Notes under the pieces: generated by a model | Seen by the model: only the letters and a program-made list of their open reading frames with translations | What the model was told of the DNA's origin: nothing | Database searches by the model: none | NCBI GenBank assembly: GCA_964016885.1 | Contig: OZ024740.1 | Location: 209,808,001-209,872,000 of the forward strand | Reading direction: 5' to 3' | DNA length: 64,000 nt | Origin: Eledone cirrhosa | Lineage: Eukaryota | Shown here: positions 12,001-24,611 of the stretch, in pieces | Numbering within the stretch: position 1 is the stretch's first letter | Layout of the letters: each line of letters begins with the position of its first letter | Made by a program: the position numbers and the translations under genes

Positions 12001-15000
12001 AGACTTCCCTCCCTGTCCGGTTTTTATGTTTAGTTATCCTTTAACTCTTTTTCTGTTTCTATCTTTCACCGCATTGACCATTGCATGGTATAATGTATAT
12101 GTATAGTCTAACCTTTGCCTGTTAAGAAAACAGACGTTAAATGATGTGTGTGTTTGTGTGAATAACACATCAATTTTTTTCAACGACTGTGCAATACAGC
12201 ATCATTATCCTTTGTCATTTAATTTATCAATTTCTCAGGTTTAATCTTCATCTAGACTTCCTTAGTCTACCTCTATGTTTTTACATCAATTTACGGGATG
12301 ATCCATTTGATCTTACGTCTGAATCAATGTAGTTGTCTCCCTTGCATACAGAGTACTACTTTGGGTGCTTTTTTTTCTGATTACTTAATTTATTTGTGTT
12401 CTGTCTTTCCTTTAAGTTCACATTACATGTATATTGATCTATACAGAGCTCATCATCATTTAATGTCTGTTATCCTCTCTAATTGTTGTGGTTCCTTTTC
12501 GTGTTTTATTGTCATATCACTTCACTCTTCAGATATATATTTTCTATGCTTTTGTTACAATGTAGGTAGGTTTTCTTAACTTCTTCCAACTGTTTTGAAC
12601 ACAAGTCACTATAACACCAGCTCTAACAGTAACATGAATTATTTCATCTCAGTAACAGTGATCTATCTAAATTTCATGGCTATTCCAATTCATCTATTGC
12701 ACCTAAATGTCAGATTTTACTACACATTTTTATATACTCGTTTTGATTATACAATGAAAAACAATTACATGCACGGTGTTATTGGACCTTTGCAGTTTCT
12801 GCTACTACCTGGGATATTATTTTCCTCTAAGTTCATCTTCAGGTTTCTATTCAATCTCTCACCATTGCAGTTCTTTAGTAGATTTTGTGATGAAAGCAAA
12901 CATAAATTTCCAATGACTTTGAACTAACCAAGAACTAAGATAGAGAGATTTGAGAATAGGTACCTTGTGGTCACTCGTCAATTTGTATCTTAGATTCCTT
13001 AATAAGTTATTATCAGATTTGAAACCCTACATTTAGTATTCTCATGTGTGTATTTATACGATAGTATATATTTGATAAAAATGCTAAATGGCTAGCTATC
13101 CCTGCTTAGGCTTCAGAGAAAAAATAAGATTATGTTAGTGTTGGACTGACAAAGTTGCAGACATGATCTGCACTCACAGTATGACACTGCTACAGGCCTC
13201 ACACCCACCCCACCTTGGCTTACCAACTTCATCTCCACACAGCACCTTCCCTGTAAAACCAATGGACAAAGTTCACAGATTTAAGCTATTATTTTAGTTA
13301 GATTTTAAATAAGTTTATTTCTTTCAATAATATTTTCTTAATCCCTTTGCTACCAACCTGCCCCAAAACACCTGTTTTATCACCATCATCATAATCATCA
13401 TTTTAACATCCACTTTCCCTGCTACCAAGGGTTGGACGAGTCCACATAGATCGAGTCAGTACTGAAGTGTAGCAACTGATCTCTCAGGCAGGCTAGGGAT
13501 CTGTGTTTCGCTTATGTATGGTCTCACATTCCACCAAGTGTACAAGAGACGTTGTTATGTCTTTGACACAACTGAGAGTCCTATTTTAATTAAAATCTTT
13601 CAATATAATTTGATATAAGAACTTTTTGTTATGTTGCAATTATCTTCTTAATGAAGTAATTAATTTTAATAAATCCCTCCAATTTCTTCTTTAATTAATT
13701 CAAATACTGTGGATTTTATAAATATGGTGATGAAAGGGTTAATACTTCCATACAAATATTTTGTTATATTAGTTGTCATTAATTATTTTCTTGTTTTTTC
13801 TTCATTTAGAGACCTTGCGATGATTTTATGTGATCCTTTTACTCTACACACAATATCTCTTTCTACAGTGAAGGCTCTGCAACATTGTATAAACTTTGAA
13901 TTACTTCCACGTGTAAGTATGTTTATTTTTTGCTAGATATCATCATCATCATTTTATGTCCACTTCTCCATGCTTGCATGGTTTGGATGGGTCCTTTCCA
14001 GCACAGCTTCTGTCCACTTGAGGCATTCTTTTGTCATCTCCTCTATGAGGATCAGCATTTTGAGATCAGCTCTAACCACCTCTGCAGCTTCCTTCCTCTA
14101 GCATCTTCCAAAACTTCTTTACCCAGCAAACATCATCTATATGCATCACATGTCCATACCAGCACTGTCTTCTCTCATGCACACTGCATCTGATTCTTAT
14201 AGCAAATTTTTCTCTCAGTTCATTCACATTCGTCAGTATCTGTAAAACATCATCATCATCATTTTACGTCCATTTTCCATGTTGGCATGGGTTGGATGGG
14301 TTTCACAGTCTGAGTCGGGTCTTATTCAGAGTTATTGTATTCTTAAATGTGTTGTAGGACCATGTCTCACTTAAATATTCCATTTTTGGTATGGATGCTC
14401 TTCCTAATGCCATCCACTTTCCAAAGTTAGGGGACATAAAAGAACACAACATAGAAATATATACACAACAGGCTTCTGTGCTGTTCCTGTACTACTCAAG
14501 TTCTTCTTCTTGCATATGATTTGGTCTTGGGTTGTTGCCATTTGCCTGGTCTGTGATCAGTTTCCATGGCCCACTATGAAGAGATCGACTCATACCATTA
14601 CAACCCTTCCAATCCATGCTAGCCTAAAAAGTGGACATAAAATGATGATAATGTATATATATGTATCTAGATTTCATAAACTCTATTTTTTTACTCTTTC
14701 TAGGATAACAATGATCTTATTTTACTTGTAAGATTGATGGCTCTTGGATTTTCAGCCTGGGATATGATTGACAGTCAAGTATTCAAGGAACCTAAGTTGG
14801 TATGGGATTCATTTTGTTTCATTTCAGATGTTTGTGTCTAATTAATATTTGAGGGCAGTGGATTGACAGAATCATTAGTGTGTTGAACAAAATGCTTTGC
14901 AGTATTTGTTCTTGAATTCAAATCCTGCTGGGGTCAACTTTGCTTTTCATCCTTCAAGGGTCAATAAAATAAAGTACCAGTAAAGCACTGGGGTCAATAT

Positions 15001-18000
15001 AATCGACTTTCCCCATAACCTTGGCCGATGGCAACTTCTTTTTCTGGTTTATAAGGGTCTTCACCCTATTTTATAAGGTATTTTATACCATCTCCATACA
15101 TGAGCACATCGTTCTTTATATTAACTTTATCTTCTTAGTGCTTTAAGACTCCGAGAAATCAACTTTTACACAATGTTAATTATTGTTTTTTTTTTTTTGT
15201 TTTTGTACAGGGTCCTGAAATTTTCAGTAAGTTCCTTCCTTATGTGGTGAATATGCAGGTTGATGACCAGCTGCGAGCGCTTAATGCACGTCTATCAGAT
15301 GCTCCACCAGTACAAGTTGCAGCCCCTCCTGACCTCTTCCTTACTGTCTTAAAACTAACTAATGTTGGAAGTATGATTGTAATGTATTACACTCTTCAAG
15401 TGACTCGACAAAAAGATAAAGCTGCTGCCATGTCTATACTCCCAACTTTAGTCCATTGTGAAAGTGACCGGGCTTTTGATGAAACATTCCTGCACACTTT
15501 GGTTTCATATTTCATCGCTATGGCTGAAGAATTTAGCCAGGAAGACTTCTGTATCACAATTTTTGATGAATTTTTAATTGTAAGTAAACAATCTTAGTAT
15601 CAAATATATTTTAACTTATATTTTGTCATCATCATCATCATCATCATACATTTTCAATACTGACATAGGCTAGACTGGTCATCTTGGTCTGATCAAATCA
15701 ACTGGAACACTTTAACAAAGGCCCAATGTACATTTTAAGATGGTAGAGTGTAATTTGAGGGATATTTGGCTGTTATATCTAGTAAATCATGCAACTTTAA
15801 GCTTATGTCTTCTTGTAATTCATTCTCGTGTGTATCAGTATTTTAAAATATTATATTTGGAATGCAAATGTTGGAGATGATTGTAGTGAAAATATAATGG
15901 TTAGAATAAGAAAGGAATGGAATAAATTTAGGTAGCTGTTGCTGTTATTGACAACAAGGAATTTCTACATTTCTGTGAAAAGCAATGTAAATAAAGCATA
16001 CTTAAGAAGTATAGTGCTGCATAGCATGGAGATATAATATTGAGTATAGCATATCTTTGGTAAGTGGAGAGAAGTATGGTGAATATAATCTGTTGGATAT
16101 GAAAGTCAGGGCAGAAGTAAGCTGAGAGAGTGGTTCGGTATTAACCCTTTCATTACCATATTTCTATGAAAAACACTGCTTATCTTCAAAATATTTAGGA
16201 ATTTGGGGGGATTTAGTAATATAATAAAAATTTGTGGATAAATATAGATATTTTACAATAAGTAGTTTTGTATCATAGACCCAGGGGCAGTTTGAGGTGG
16301 TTTGGTATCAAAAGAGTTAAAGACATCTAGTGAACTGTGCAGGTATAGAATATAAATGAACAAGATGGAGGCACATGGCTTAGTGGTTAGAGCATTGGCC
16401 TTGCAATCGAAAGGTTGTGAGTTCAATTCTCAGACCGGGTGATGTGTTGTTTCCTTGAGCAAGACACTTTATTTCACATTGCTCCAGTTTACTCAGCTGT
16501 AGAAATGAGATGATAGGGACTGCGGTCCCTATCATTCCACTGCAAAGTGGTCGTGGAGGTGCCATGGTAAAAAAGCACCCAGTCCACACTGTAAAGTGGA
16601 CGTGTAGGCGCCACAGAAATAAAGCACCCAGCACTCACTGTAAATGAGGTTGGTGTCAGGAAGGGTATCCAGCTGTAGAAATCAAGCCAGAATCAGTTCC
16701 CATCCCACCCTTGCAAGCAGGGAAAAGCGGACATAAAATGAAATGAAAAATGATGAAAAGAAGTACTGAGGAGAAAAATATTGTGTACTGTTGTTGGAGG
16801 ATAATCACAGAAGAAGAAGACAATGGTGAGGTCAGATCTCAGGTTGCTGATTTGCACAAAACGGATGATGAAAATTTTTGTAATTTGTGGCATACCGTAC
16901 TGTAGACATGTCCAAATCATGCCAACAGATGTTTAAACATTAATGAGACATCATATTTATGGTTAAGTCCTTGGAGATTTTCTAACTGTAACTAATTTAT
17001 TGCTGTGACCTATGTACTCTGTATTGTATCCAATATTGGTTCTTTTGTGTTGCACACTCTGACACCAAATTGCCCTGGTTCTATGATTAGAAACTGTTTG
17101 TTTTATAGTGTTTATAATAATATAAAATCTCCAACATAATTTTAGAACCTTTGTTAAGTTATGTTCTAATCACCAGCTTAAAAATAAGAAAGTTATGTTG
17201 GAAATTGTAGGTAGTGTTTTTCATTAGAATATATTAATGAAAGTGTTAATTCCTCTTATTTAATAATTGGTTTATGTTCAATAAATATACAGTAATTGAC
17301 ATGGCTGTGTGGTTAAGAAAATTACTATGTAATCATGTAGTCTCTGGTTCTATACCACCAGATGGCACCTTGAGTAAGTGTTTTCTACTATAATCTCATG
17401 ATTGTCTTCTGAGCAAATTTACTGGCCAGAAACTGTAAAAGCCTGTGGTATATGTGTGTGTCATCATCATCATCATCATCACCGTTTAGCGTCCATTTTT
17501 CCATGCTTGCATGGGTTGTGTGTGTGTGTATTTCTATCCCCATGCAGCTTTGTGTTAACATTGTTTAAACAGGTGGTGACATCCGCTTATGTCCTACAAT
17601 TTAGTAGTTCAACAAAGATTAGCAGTGTGTGTATATATATATACCATACTTAAAAATAAAGTATGGTTTGGTTTGGAAGGGTACAAATGTTTTGTCCAAC
17701 CCAGCATATAGAATCATTATCAAAGTTTACCATCTCTTTTCCATGCTTGCATGGGTTAGATGCATTTTCATGTACTGAAGGTGTCTGCAATTTCCTCATA
17801 CACTCTGTTTTTTTTTTTTTTGCTGGATGTCCTTCCTAATGCCAACCACTTGGCAGTGTGTACTGGGATCATTTTACTGTGACTCCAGCACAACCGTCTG
17901 CAGCACCTGCGCTGCCACCTTACATGGTGGAAATGTGGGTGTAAAAAACAATAGTAATTATGACAATTATGTTCATCAATTTTTTTTTCCAAGAATTTTA

Positions 18001-19417
18001 TTTATTGGTGTTATTAATTAATTATCCCAGTGTAAAGTACCAGTAATACACTGGGATAATTGCTGGCCTTGTGCCAAAAGTAGAAGCAATTAATTAATTA
18101 AATGTATTATCAAATTGAAAAAATTGTTTTAATGAAGTTTCAGCTGTAATTTTATAGTTTCTCTTTTTCCCCTCTATCAGCCCGGTATCAAGATCAAATC
18201 CAATATAATACATCACATATTACGCCTGTTATGGTACATTTATGCCAGATTGCCTCCAGCACGCTTGAAGTCACTTATGGCCGTAGTAACTGCTAACTTT
18301 GAGGTAATGTATATCTCTTGGTGTGTGTGTGAGAACTGCTATCGATGGTTAAGTCATTACAACAGCTGTGTGAGAGCTGCTATTGATGGTTAAGTCATTA
18401 CAACTGCTATTGATGGCTAAATCATTACAATAGCTGTCTGATAGTTGAGCTATTATTGATTGTTTATAGCCTCACTGTTTCAATGGACCAGTTCACCTAC
18501 ATCATTTTACATCCACCTGTATATGCTTGCACAAGTTGGACAGGTCCTTTCCAGCACAGCCTCCTTCCACTCACAGTATTCCTTTGTCATCTTTTTTTTT
18601 TAGATAAGCTCCAACCACCAGTGCTTAGGTTTTCCTTGGTCTTCCTCTACTGCAGCTTCTTTCCACTAGCATCACATCTCCAAACCAGCACAGTTTTCTC
18701 TCTTGCACACTACATCTGATTCCTGTTACACCTAGCTTTTAACAGCTATCAGTTTAGAGTATAGCTTATTGTTTTAAGCAACAGAGATTTGGGACTCTTT
18801 AATTAACAAGTGTTTTTATCTGTTTGCAGTAAGTTAAAATCTGTTATTCTGGCATCCTTCTGTCCTAAAAAGAAGATTTCACTGAATACCAGCACATTGT
18901 AATATCTTCTGGTTAGGCTGATGAATAGAAAGTAACAATGTATTTTGCAGAATCTATCATAGATTTCGTAAATTCTTAAGTCATATATATAAAGATGTTT
19001 GATCACTGAATCCTACAGATGTCTCAAATCTTCCAACTCCTCAAAAACTCTATATCATCATAATTTACTATCTGTTTTCCTTGCTAACATGAGCTGAACA
19101 GGTCTTTATAGACAAAGAGCTGCTGACCTCTCAGAACTACACCTGATGTGCCCCTTCCATACACATGCACACGTGTGTATCATGACTCGTGCACTGTTCA
19201 TTTTACTGATGTTTGTGCATTGCCCTATGTACTGTACATGCACTTTTTTGATGGGTTGTGGTGCACCTGGGCACTGTGCACATTATTTCATTATTGTTAT
19301 TGTTATTATATCATGACTCATACACTGTTTATTTTCCTGACATTTGTACATTATTCTATGTACTATACATGCACCTTTGATGAGTTGTAGTGCACCTGAG
19401 CACTGTACACAATAATT

Positions 19418-19448
<31 letters not shown>

Positions 19449-21580
19449 GGGCTGGGCATCTGCATTTCGCTTCTACCTGGTGCACATGTCTTGCTTACAT
19501 ATGTTCCCAGGCTCTACTGAAGGCATTTTATCATGGTACCAGCACTAAGGAGGTTAACATGTCTTTCATACAGCCGAAGAGATTTCTCAACCCTATATTT
19601 TTTATTCATACATTGGTCTCTTCAAAGTATTATGTCCAGCCCTATTCATCTTGCCCCTTACACCGGAATATGCAAATGGATGTTACTTCTCCATGGCTCA
19701 GTTTTCATTGCAGAATGAGAGACACATTTGGAAGAATCTATTTAAGACCAAAAATACTATGTACATTGCAAAATAGCAAGGAACTAGTATAAAGCAGGAC
19801 CTCCCTTAAAAGTTTCATGTAGAAATTTGTAGGTAGGATTTACAGAAAATATGGAATTGAATTCTGGTAAATTCCCTAAACCAGTTACGAACTGAAAACA
19901 TTGGACTTCATAAATGACTTACAAGAACTAGATTAAGTACTAATAGCTAAATAGTGGAATAGGAATTAATGAGAGTATAACTGATTTAGATAATACAAGA
20001 TTAGGTGTTAAATGATATCAAAAGGGTTGCTTTCTCTATAGAAAAAGCAGACTGCATGTTTTGTGTGTGTAAGGTATGTGATGAATGCTTGTGAAATATG
20101 AACAGAAAAAGTCATCATCATTATTTTTACATCCATTTTTTCCATGCTGGCATGGGTTGGATGGAATATGTTGTGTCAGGAAGCCCTTTCTGATGCGTAC
20201 AACATCCCTAGTGCAGGTGTCATGATAAAATACACCTTGTACAGTGTAAAGTGATTAGTAATTGTCAAAACTGGAATGTATGTAAGAGAAATGTGGTCCC
20301 AGGCATGTTTGAAAGGACAGTCTTAGATTTAGAAGCTCTTGCATCTTGAGACGCAGCCAAAGTGCTCCAATTATCAGTCAGTTGCATCTATCAATACACC
20401 ATTTGAAAGGACAGTAGTTCTGATTAAATGACTTGGTCTGTTACAACCTGTCCAGTCTTGCACTAGTTATAAATATATATATATTTAATGTTGAAACCAG
20501 CTTAGTCTTTCTTAATACCACCTGTGCTAAGTAATGTAATATGGACTACTTCCACACCCCTCTACACTAAAAGCCATGTTAAATATCAATTTCCATGCAG
20601 TTCGAATGTCGAGCAAAATGCTTTGTTCTGGCTCATCTAAGTTCCAATCCCATTGTAGTCAACTTATTCTTCTATCCATCTGGGGTTGATAAAATAAAGT
20701 ACCAGTCAAGTACTGGGGTCAATGGAATCGGCTTATCTCTCCCCCTAAATTTGCTAACCATGTGCATCATTTAATGTCCATTTACCTCCTCTTCTTGGTA
20801 ACCAAGCTGGCCAGTACTGATCTTGGTTTTAGGAAGCATAAACCATTATTGTTATTAGGGAAACAAATTGGTAGGATTGTTAGAGCATTGAATAAAATGC
20901 TTTGTGGTGTTTAGTTACATTCTGAATTCAAATCCCGCCATGGTTAGCTTTGCTTTTCAACCTTATGGGGTCAATAAAATAAAGCACCAGTAACGCACTG
21001 GGGTCAATTTAATCGATTTTCCTCTCCCCTAAAATTGTTGGTCTTGTGCCTAAATCAGAAACCATTATTATTAAGGCATCAGACAAAATGCATTATGGTG
21101 TTTAATTACATTCTGAGTTCAAAATCCTGCTGAGGTTAGCTTTGTTGAAATTGATAAAAAAAATTTTTTTTTTAAATATCAACTTTTCTCACTCCACAAA
21201 ATGAATGGCCTTGTGCCCCCAAATTAGAAACCAAGAGTTCGAAACCCTCCAGGGTCAACTTTACTGTTCATCCTTTTGAGTAAATAAAATAGGAAGGAAA
21301 TATATTAGCTTATATATCGCTATTGTGATATTTATTCTGGCACTTTACATTCTGGGTTCAAATCCTGTCTGGGTTGATATAATTGACTTTACTCTCCTCA
21401 CAAATTGTTGACCTTGTGTCTAAGTTAGAAATCATTATTTTTAACTTTTTTCATTTTCAGAATTGTGAAGAATCTGAACCTCTATACAAGCTGCTTGAAG
21501 AGAGAATTGCAGCTTATCAGCCGAGCCCTTCGGAACCAGAGCCCCTAGAGGCTCCACTCATTCCAGCACCAGCACAGTGA
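5560..21580 (+). CDS. NELFB: Negative elongation factor B (NELF-B/COBRA1), 7 coding exons: join(5560..5605,7299..8190,13810..13912,14704..14799,15211..15579,18181..18303,21461..21580), 582 aa
   Basis: Translation GLEDLGMAGGEFLREALTNCSDPLLAIEEFQSENGILLPSLKPALPFLDLHG...GDLAMILCDPF...AWDMIDSQVFKEPKL matches the NELF-B family. All introns are GT-AG with consistent phases (1,2,0,0,0,0); total 1749 nt ending TGA. Confidence 0.95.
6206..6497 (+). mobile_element. tRNA-derived SINE family B (CORE-like centre, RTE-like tail)
   Basis: A box TGGCTTAGTGG, B box GAGTTCAATTC, CCTTGAGCAAGACACTT core; near-identical to copies at 16367 and 59600. Confidence 0.8.
6699..6877 (+). mobile_element. tRNA-derived SINE family A (core CTTTGCCTTTCATCCTTACGGGGTCGATAAAATAAAGTACCAG, (ATT)n tail)
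   Basis: Head GGCGGTGGATTGGCAG; the core recurs dozens of times across the window. Confidence 0.75.
7299..8190 (+). CDS. NELFB: NELF-B exon 2
   Basis: ttttcag acceptor, GG|GTTAGT donor; lies in ORF 7226..8224 with the NELF-B N-terminal sequence. Confidence 0.95.
9136..9385. repeat. About 58-bp tandem repeat, about 4 copies
   Basis: GTGTTTAGACAG...CTATTTACTTACATATGTTCC repeated. Confidence 0.85.
9440..9878 (+). mobile_element. Tigger/pogo-type deletion derivative with CENP-B-like HTH remnant
   Basis: MPPKQPAS...ALSQFQKESILIKLESGTSMRTMCAEYGIS (psq/CENP-B-type HTH), then a terminus ending ...CAGCCTG|TA. Confidence 0.55.
13810..13912 (+). CDS. NELFB: NELF-B exon 3
   Basis: tttag acceptor, CGT|GTAAGT donor; DLAMILCDPFTLHTISLSTVKALQHCINFELLPR. 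Confidence 0.92.
14704..14799 (+). CDS. NELFB: NELF-B exon 4
   Basis: ttctag acceptor; DNNDLILLVRLMALGFSAWDMIDSQVFKEPKL; donor GTATGG. Confidence 0.92.
15211..15579 (+). CDS. NELFB: NELF-B exon 5
   Basis: poly-T/acag acceptor; GPEIFSKFLPYVVNMQVDD...FDEFLI; donor GTAAGT. Confidence 0.92.
16145..16316. mobile_element. piggyBac-type MITE family 1
   Basis: TTAA|CCCTTTC...AAAGAG|TTAA. Confidence 0.6.
16367..16746 (+). mobile_element. tRNA-derived SINE family B, full-length
   Basis: Same head, core and tail as the 6206 and 59271-59600 copies. Confidence 0.8.
18181..18303 (+). CDS. NELFB: NELF-B exon 6
   Basis: ctatcag acceptor; PGIKIKSNIIHHILRLLWYIYARLPPARLKSLMAVVTANFE; GAG|GTAATG donor. Confidence 0.88.
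20600..21440 (+). mobile_element. Cluster of SINE family A copies/fragments
   Basis: Repeated GAGTTCAAATCC / GATAAAATAAAGTACCAG / CCTTGTGCC motifs head-to-tail. Confidence 0.7.
21461..21580 (+). CDS. NELFB: NELF-B exon 7 (terminal)
   Basis: ttttcag acceptor; NCEESEPLYKLLEERIAAYQPSPSEPEPLEAPLIPAPAQ*. Confidence 0.85.
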   Translation, partial: NCEESEPLYKLLEERIAAYQPSPSEPEPLEAPLIPAPAQ

Positions 21581-23924
21581 AGAAAGCTGGAAAGAAGTTG
21601 CAACTCATTTTTTTTTTTTTTTAACCATATTATTTTTATCTCCTGATACCTATTCAGTCATCTACATTATATTTTTTTATTTGTTCATGTGGAAAAAGAA
21701 AAAAACGAAACATGGAAGGATAAGAAAAACAATCTTATCAAATAACATTCCCTTGCCATAAGAATATAAATGGCTTTTGTTAAATTGAATATCATCAGTG
21801 GAAGAAAACTACTTACTTGCCCACTTACTCAGAATTCTGTTTTGCTAAAAGACCAGCAATTGTATATAGATATATATAAAAAGGACTTAAGAAAATTGAA
21901 AAGATTTCTTTTTTTTTTTTCATTGTTTTGATTTTGTTTTAATTTTCTCCATTATCTCATCTCTGATGCAAAACCTTTCATCAACTTTAACTGAATGTGT
22001 ATGGCTTAGTGAGTAGAGTGTTGGTTTTGCAATCATATGGTCATGGCTTTGGTCTCTGGACATTTATTTCAGCTGAAAATGATGGCAAGCAGCAGCATCT
22101 TGCAATAGACCTCCGTTGGTTTCAATGATAAGTGTTCTAGTATTTTTATCAACAGACCAGCCTACTCAAAACATTGATGTATAAGTGGTTGATCATTCTA
22201 CAGACATATGTGGTTGATCATTCTACAGACATATGTACCCTTAACATAATTCTCTTATTTCTGGAGTGAGACCTGACATTACATCTATATTATGTTATTT
22301 CTTTTATTAAATACATTCATGAACAATAACCTCATTGGATATATGAGACCAAATAAGAGTTCAACAGTCAAATCAATGGTTCACAGCATTCTACGATCTG
22401 ATCTATCTTATATAAGGTCCTTGAACTACATTTAGTTTCCCATTATCACTATTCTGTAGTGCAGGTCTTACGTTCTTCAAATGCTTTAGTTTCCTTTACA
22501 ATCCTTTTGAAAATCCAGAGATGTATTTCTCTCTACTACAAATTTTCTGTTGATTATAAGAGAAAGAATGGGGACATAATACTTATAATAGACTAAAGTG
22601 CAAACAGGAAAATAAGTCAGATGGATTCTATACATAACATAATTTAACTATCACTTCATATCATCACCATTTTATATCTATTTTCCTTGTTTGCTAGACA
22701 GCTTGTCACATTCTGAGACTAGTTAGGTCATATGACTATGTTTCATGCTTGCATTCTGGCATGGTTTTTTATAACTGGATGACTTTTCTAATGCCAGCAA
22801 CTTTACAGTATGTACCAGGTATATTTTATTGTGGTACCATCACTACTGACAGAATGGACTGGTGCTTTTTTATCAGAGCTCCTGCACTACCATTTCACAG
22901 CGCGGGCTGGGTGCATTTTATTGGGGCACCAGCACTAATTTGATTCTCAATAGAAGCTATGATAAATGTGAGAGCAACATCTTGGCTTCATATTAGTAGC
23001 TAATTTAAAATGTGCTAAATATTTAACACCCAATATAGTATAAGTTCTATCTTGTAATTGCAATGACTAATACCAAACTGCCCTGGATTTTTTATACAAA
23101 AATGTTTATCCTTATATTAAAATCTTCCATCATGATTTTATATTAGAAATATTTAAGTAATATTCTAAATATCAGCTTACTAATGTAAAACTTAAGACTA
23201 TATCTGTACCAAGGAATTAACCCAATGTTCTTTAGTCAACTGAGATCTTTGATGAAAGGCATTACAGCTATGACCATCTCTCCATGTTTCAATGTAGTAT
23301 ATTTAAGACTATATTATCTAATATTTCCTTCCTTTGTTAAGATGTAATTTCGCTGCTCTTTCTAGCAAGTCAAGTGATGATGTCAAACAATATTGTTATA
23401 GCTTCAGTTACTTTTAAGGCAATGATGTACAAAATAATTTGAAAACTATAATAGACTGTTAGATAGAAATTATAGACCTATGATATTCCTTTTTGTTTGT
23501 AGCTCACTTAAGAGTTGAAATACTGGTGCTGTGAAGAAATGCTAATTTATATCAATATTATTTCTATTTCCGTTAAGAACACACCCATAACTGGTTTTCC
23601 AGGTTTGTGTTTAAGCAATTTAACTGATAGCTTCAATATATCTCTAGAGAGCTTTTATCAAGAATTGGAGAGCAGTTTTTGGCATGACTCCAACTGGATG
23701 AAAGCAGAAGGCTAAATCACTTATTTTCCTGTAAATTATAAATATACACACTATCATTACTTAGAACATTGGTATCTTTATATTTACAGTATTGCAAATG
23801 AAAATTTAACACTGAATGGTTAGTGTCAGATAATAACAAAATAGACAATGTTTATCACCTGGTATGTAATTTTAAATGAATTTAATTGCTTCTTTCCAAT
23901 TTCATTAAATATATATATATATAT

Positions 23925-23955
<31 letters not shown>

Positions 23956-24107
23956 TATAGTAAACTGTGCAAAAGTTAGAAAATAGTTATTGCATAAATA
24001 AATATATATATAAAAAAAAATCTGCCTCTTCATTTAAAAGAGGTCTTAAACAATCCAGTGATTGTTTGTGTGAAATGCTATCTGTGGCTGAGCTGCTTAA
24101 ATAATAG

Positions 24108-24611
24108 TTAAACAGCAGTGCCATCATTACCAGGTTCTTCACGCTGATTGGACATGGCAGTAAGAATTTTGTCAAATATTCCATAGCGCTCCAATGGATT
24201 TGTAACTGACCCCTTCTTCCCCCATAGAAGTCGTACTTGGAATTCAGTCTTTAGAACTTCCTGTAGTTCTGGTGCTTCTCGAAGCTCACAAGTTTGTGAT
24301 TGGCTTGATATTTTATAAAGAGCTATCTGTGAAGAGATTAGCCGGGCTGTGTCAAGGTGTACAAAAAAGCTCTCCAAGTCAAAATTAGAATTGCTTTGTT
24401 CCCAGGGCATCATATCCATCATGGTTTCTGGGGTTTTCTCCATCAAATTTACAACAGGTAAGATGTTTGGAATGCTGATATTCTGCAGGGGTAGTGAAAA
24501 CGACCCTTCCATTAGGGTCTGATGAACACCTCGTAACTTCTTGTCATAAATCATTGCACTGCCTGTGTGATCCTGTCGCAGAATCAACCAAGTATCACGG
24601 AGACGTCTTAT
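24108..24611 (-). CDS. BCAR3: BCAR3-like terminal coding exon
   Basis: ctacag acceptor, phase 0; IRRLRDTW...EEPGNDGTAV*, TAA at 24108-24110. Confidence 0.92.
   Translation of the reverse strand: MRRLRDTWLILRQDHTGSAMIYDKKLRGVHQTLMEGSFSLPLQNISIPNILPVVNLMEKTPETMMDMMPWEQSNSNFDLESFFVHLDTARLISSQIALYKISSQSQTCELREAPELQEVLKTEFQVRLLWGKKGSVTNPLERYGIFDKILTAMSNQREEPGNDGTAV

Noticed and set aside
16367-16440. tRNA-like sequence
   Set aside because: SINE head: acceptor stem not closed, continues into the SINE core, multi-copy.
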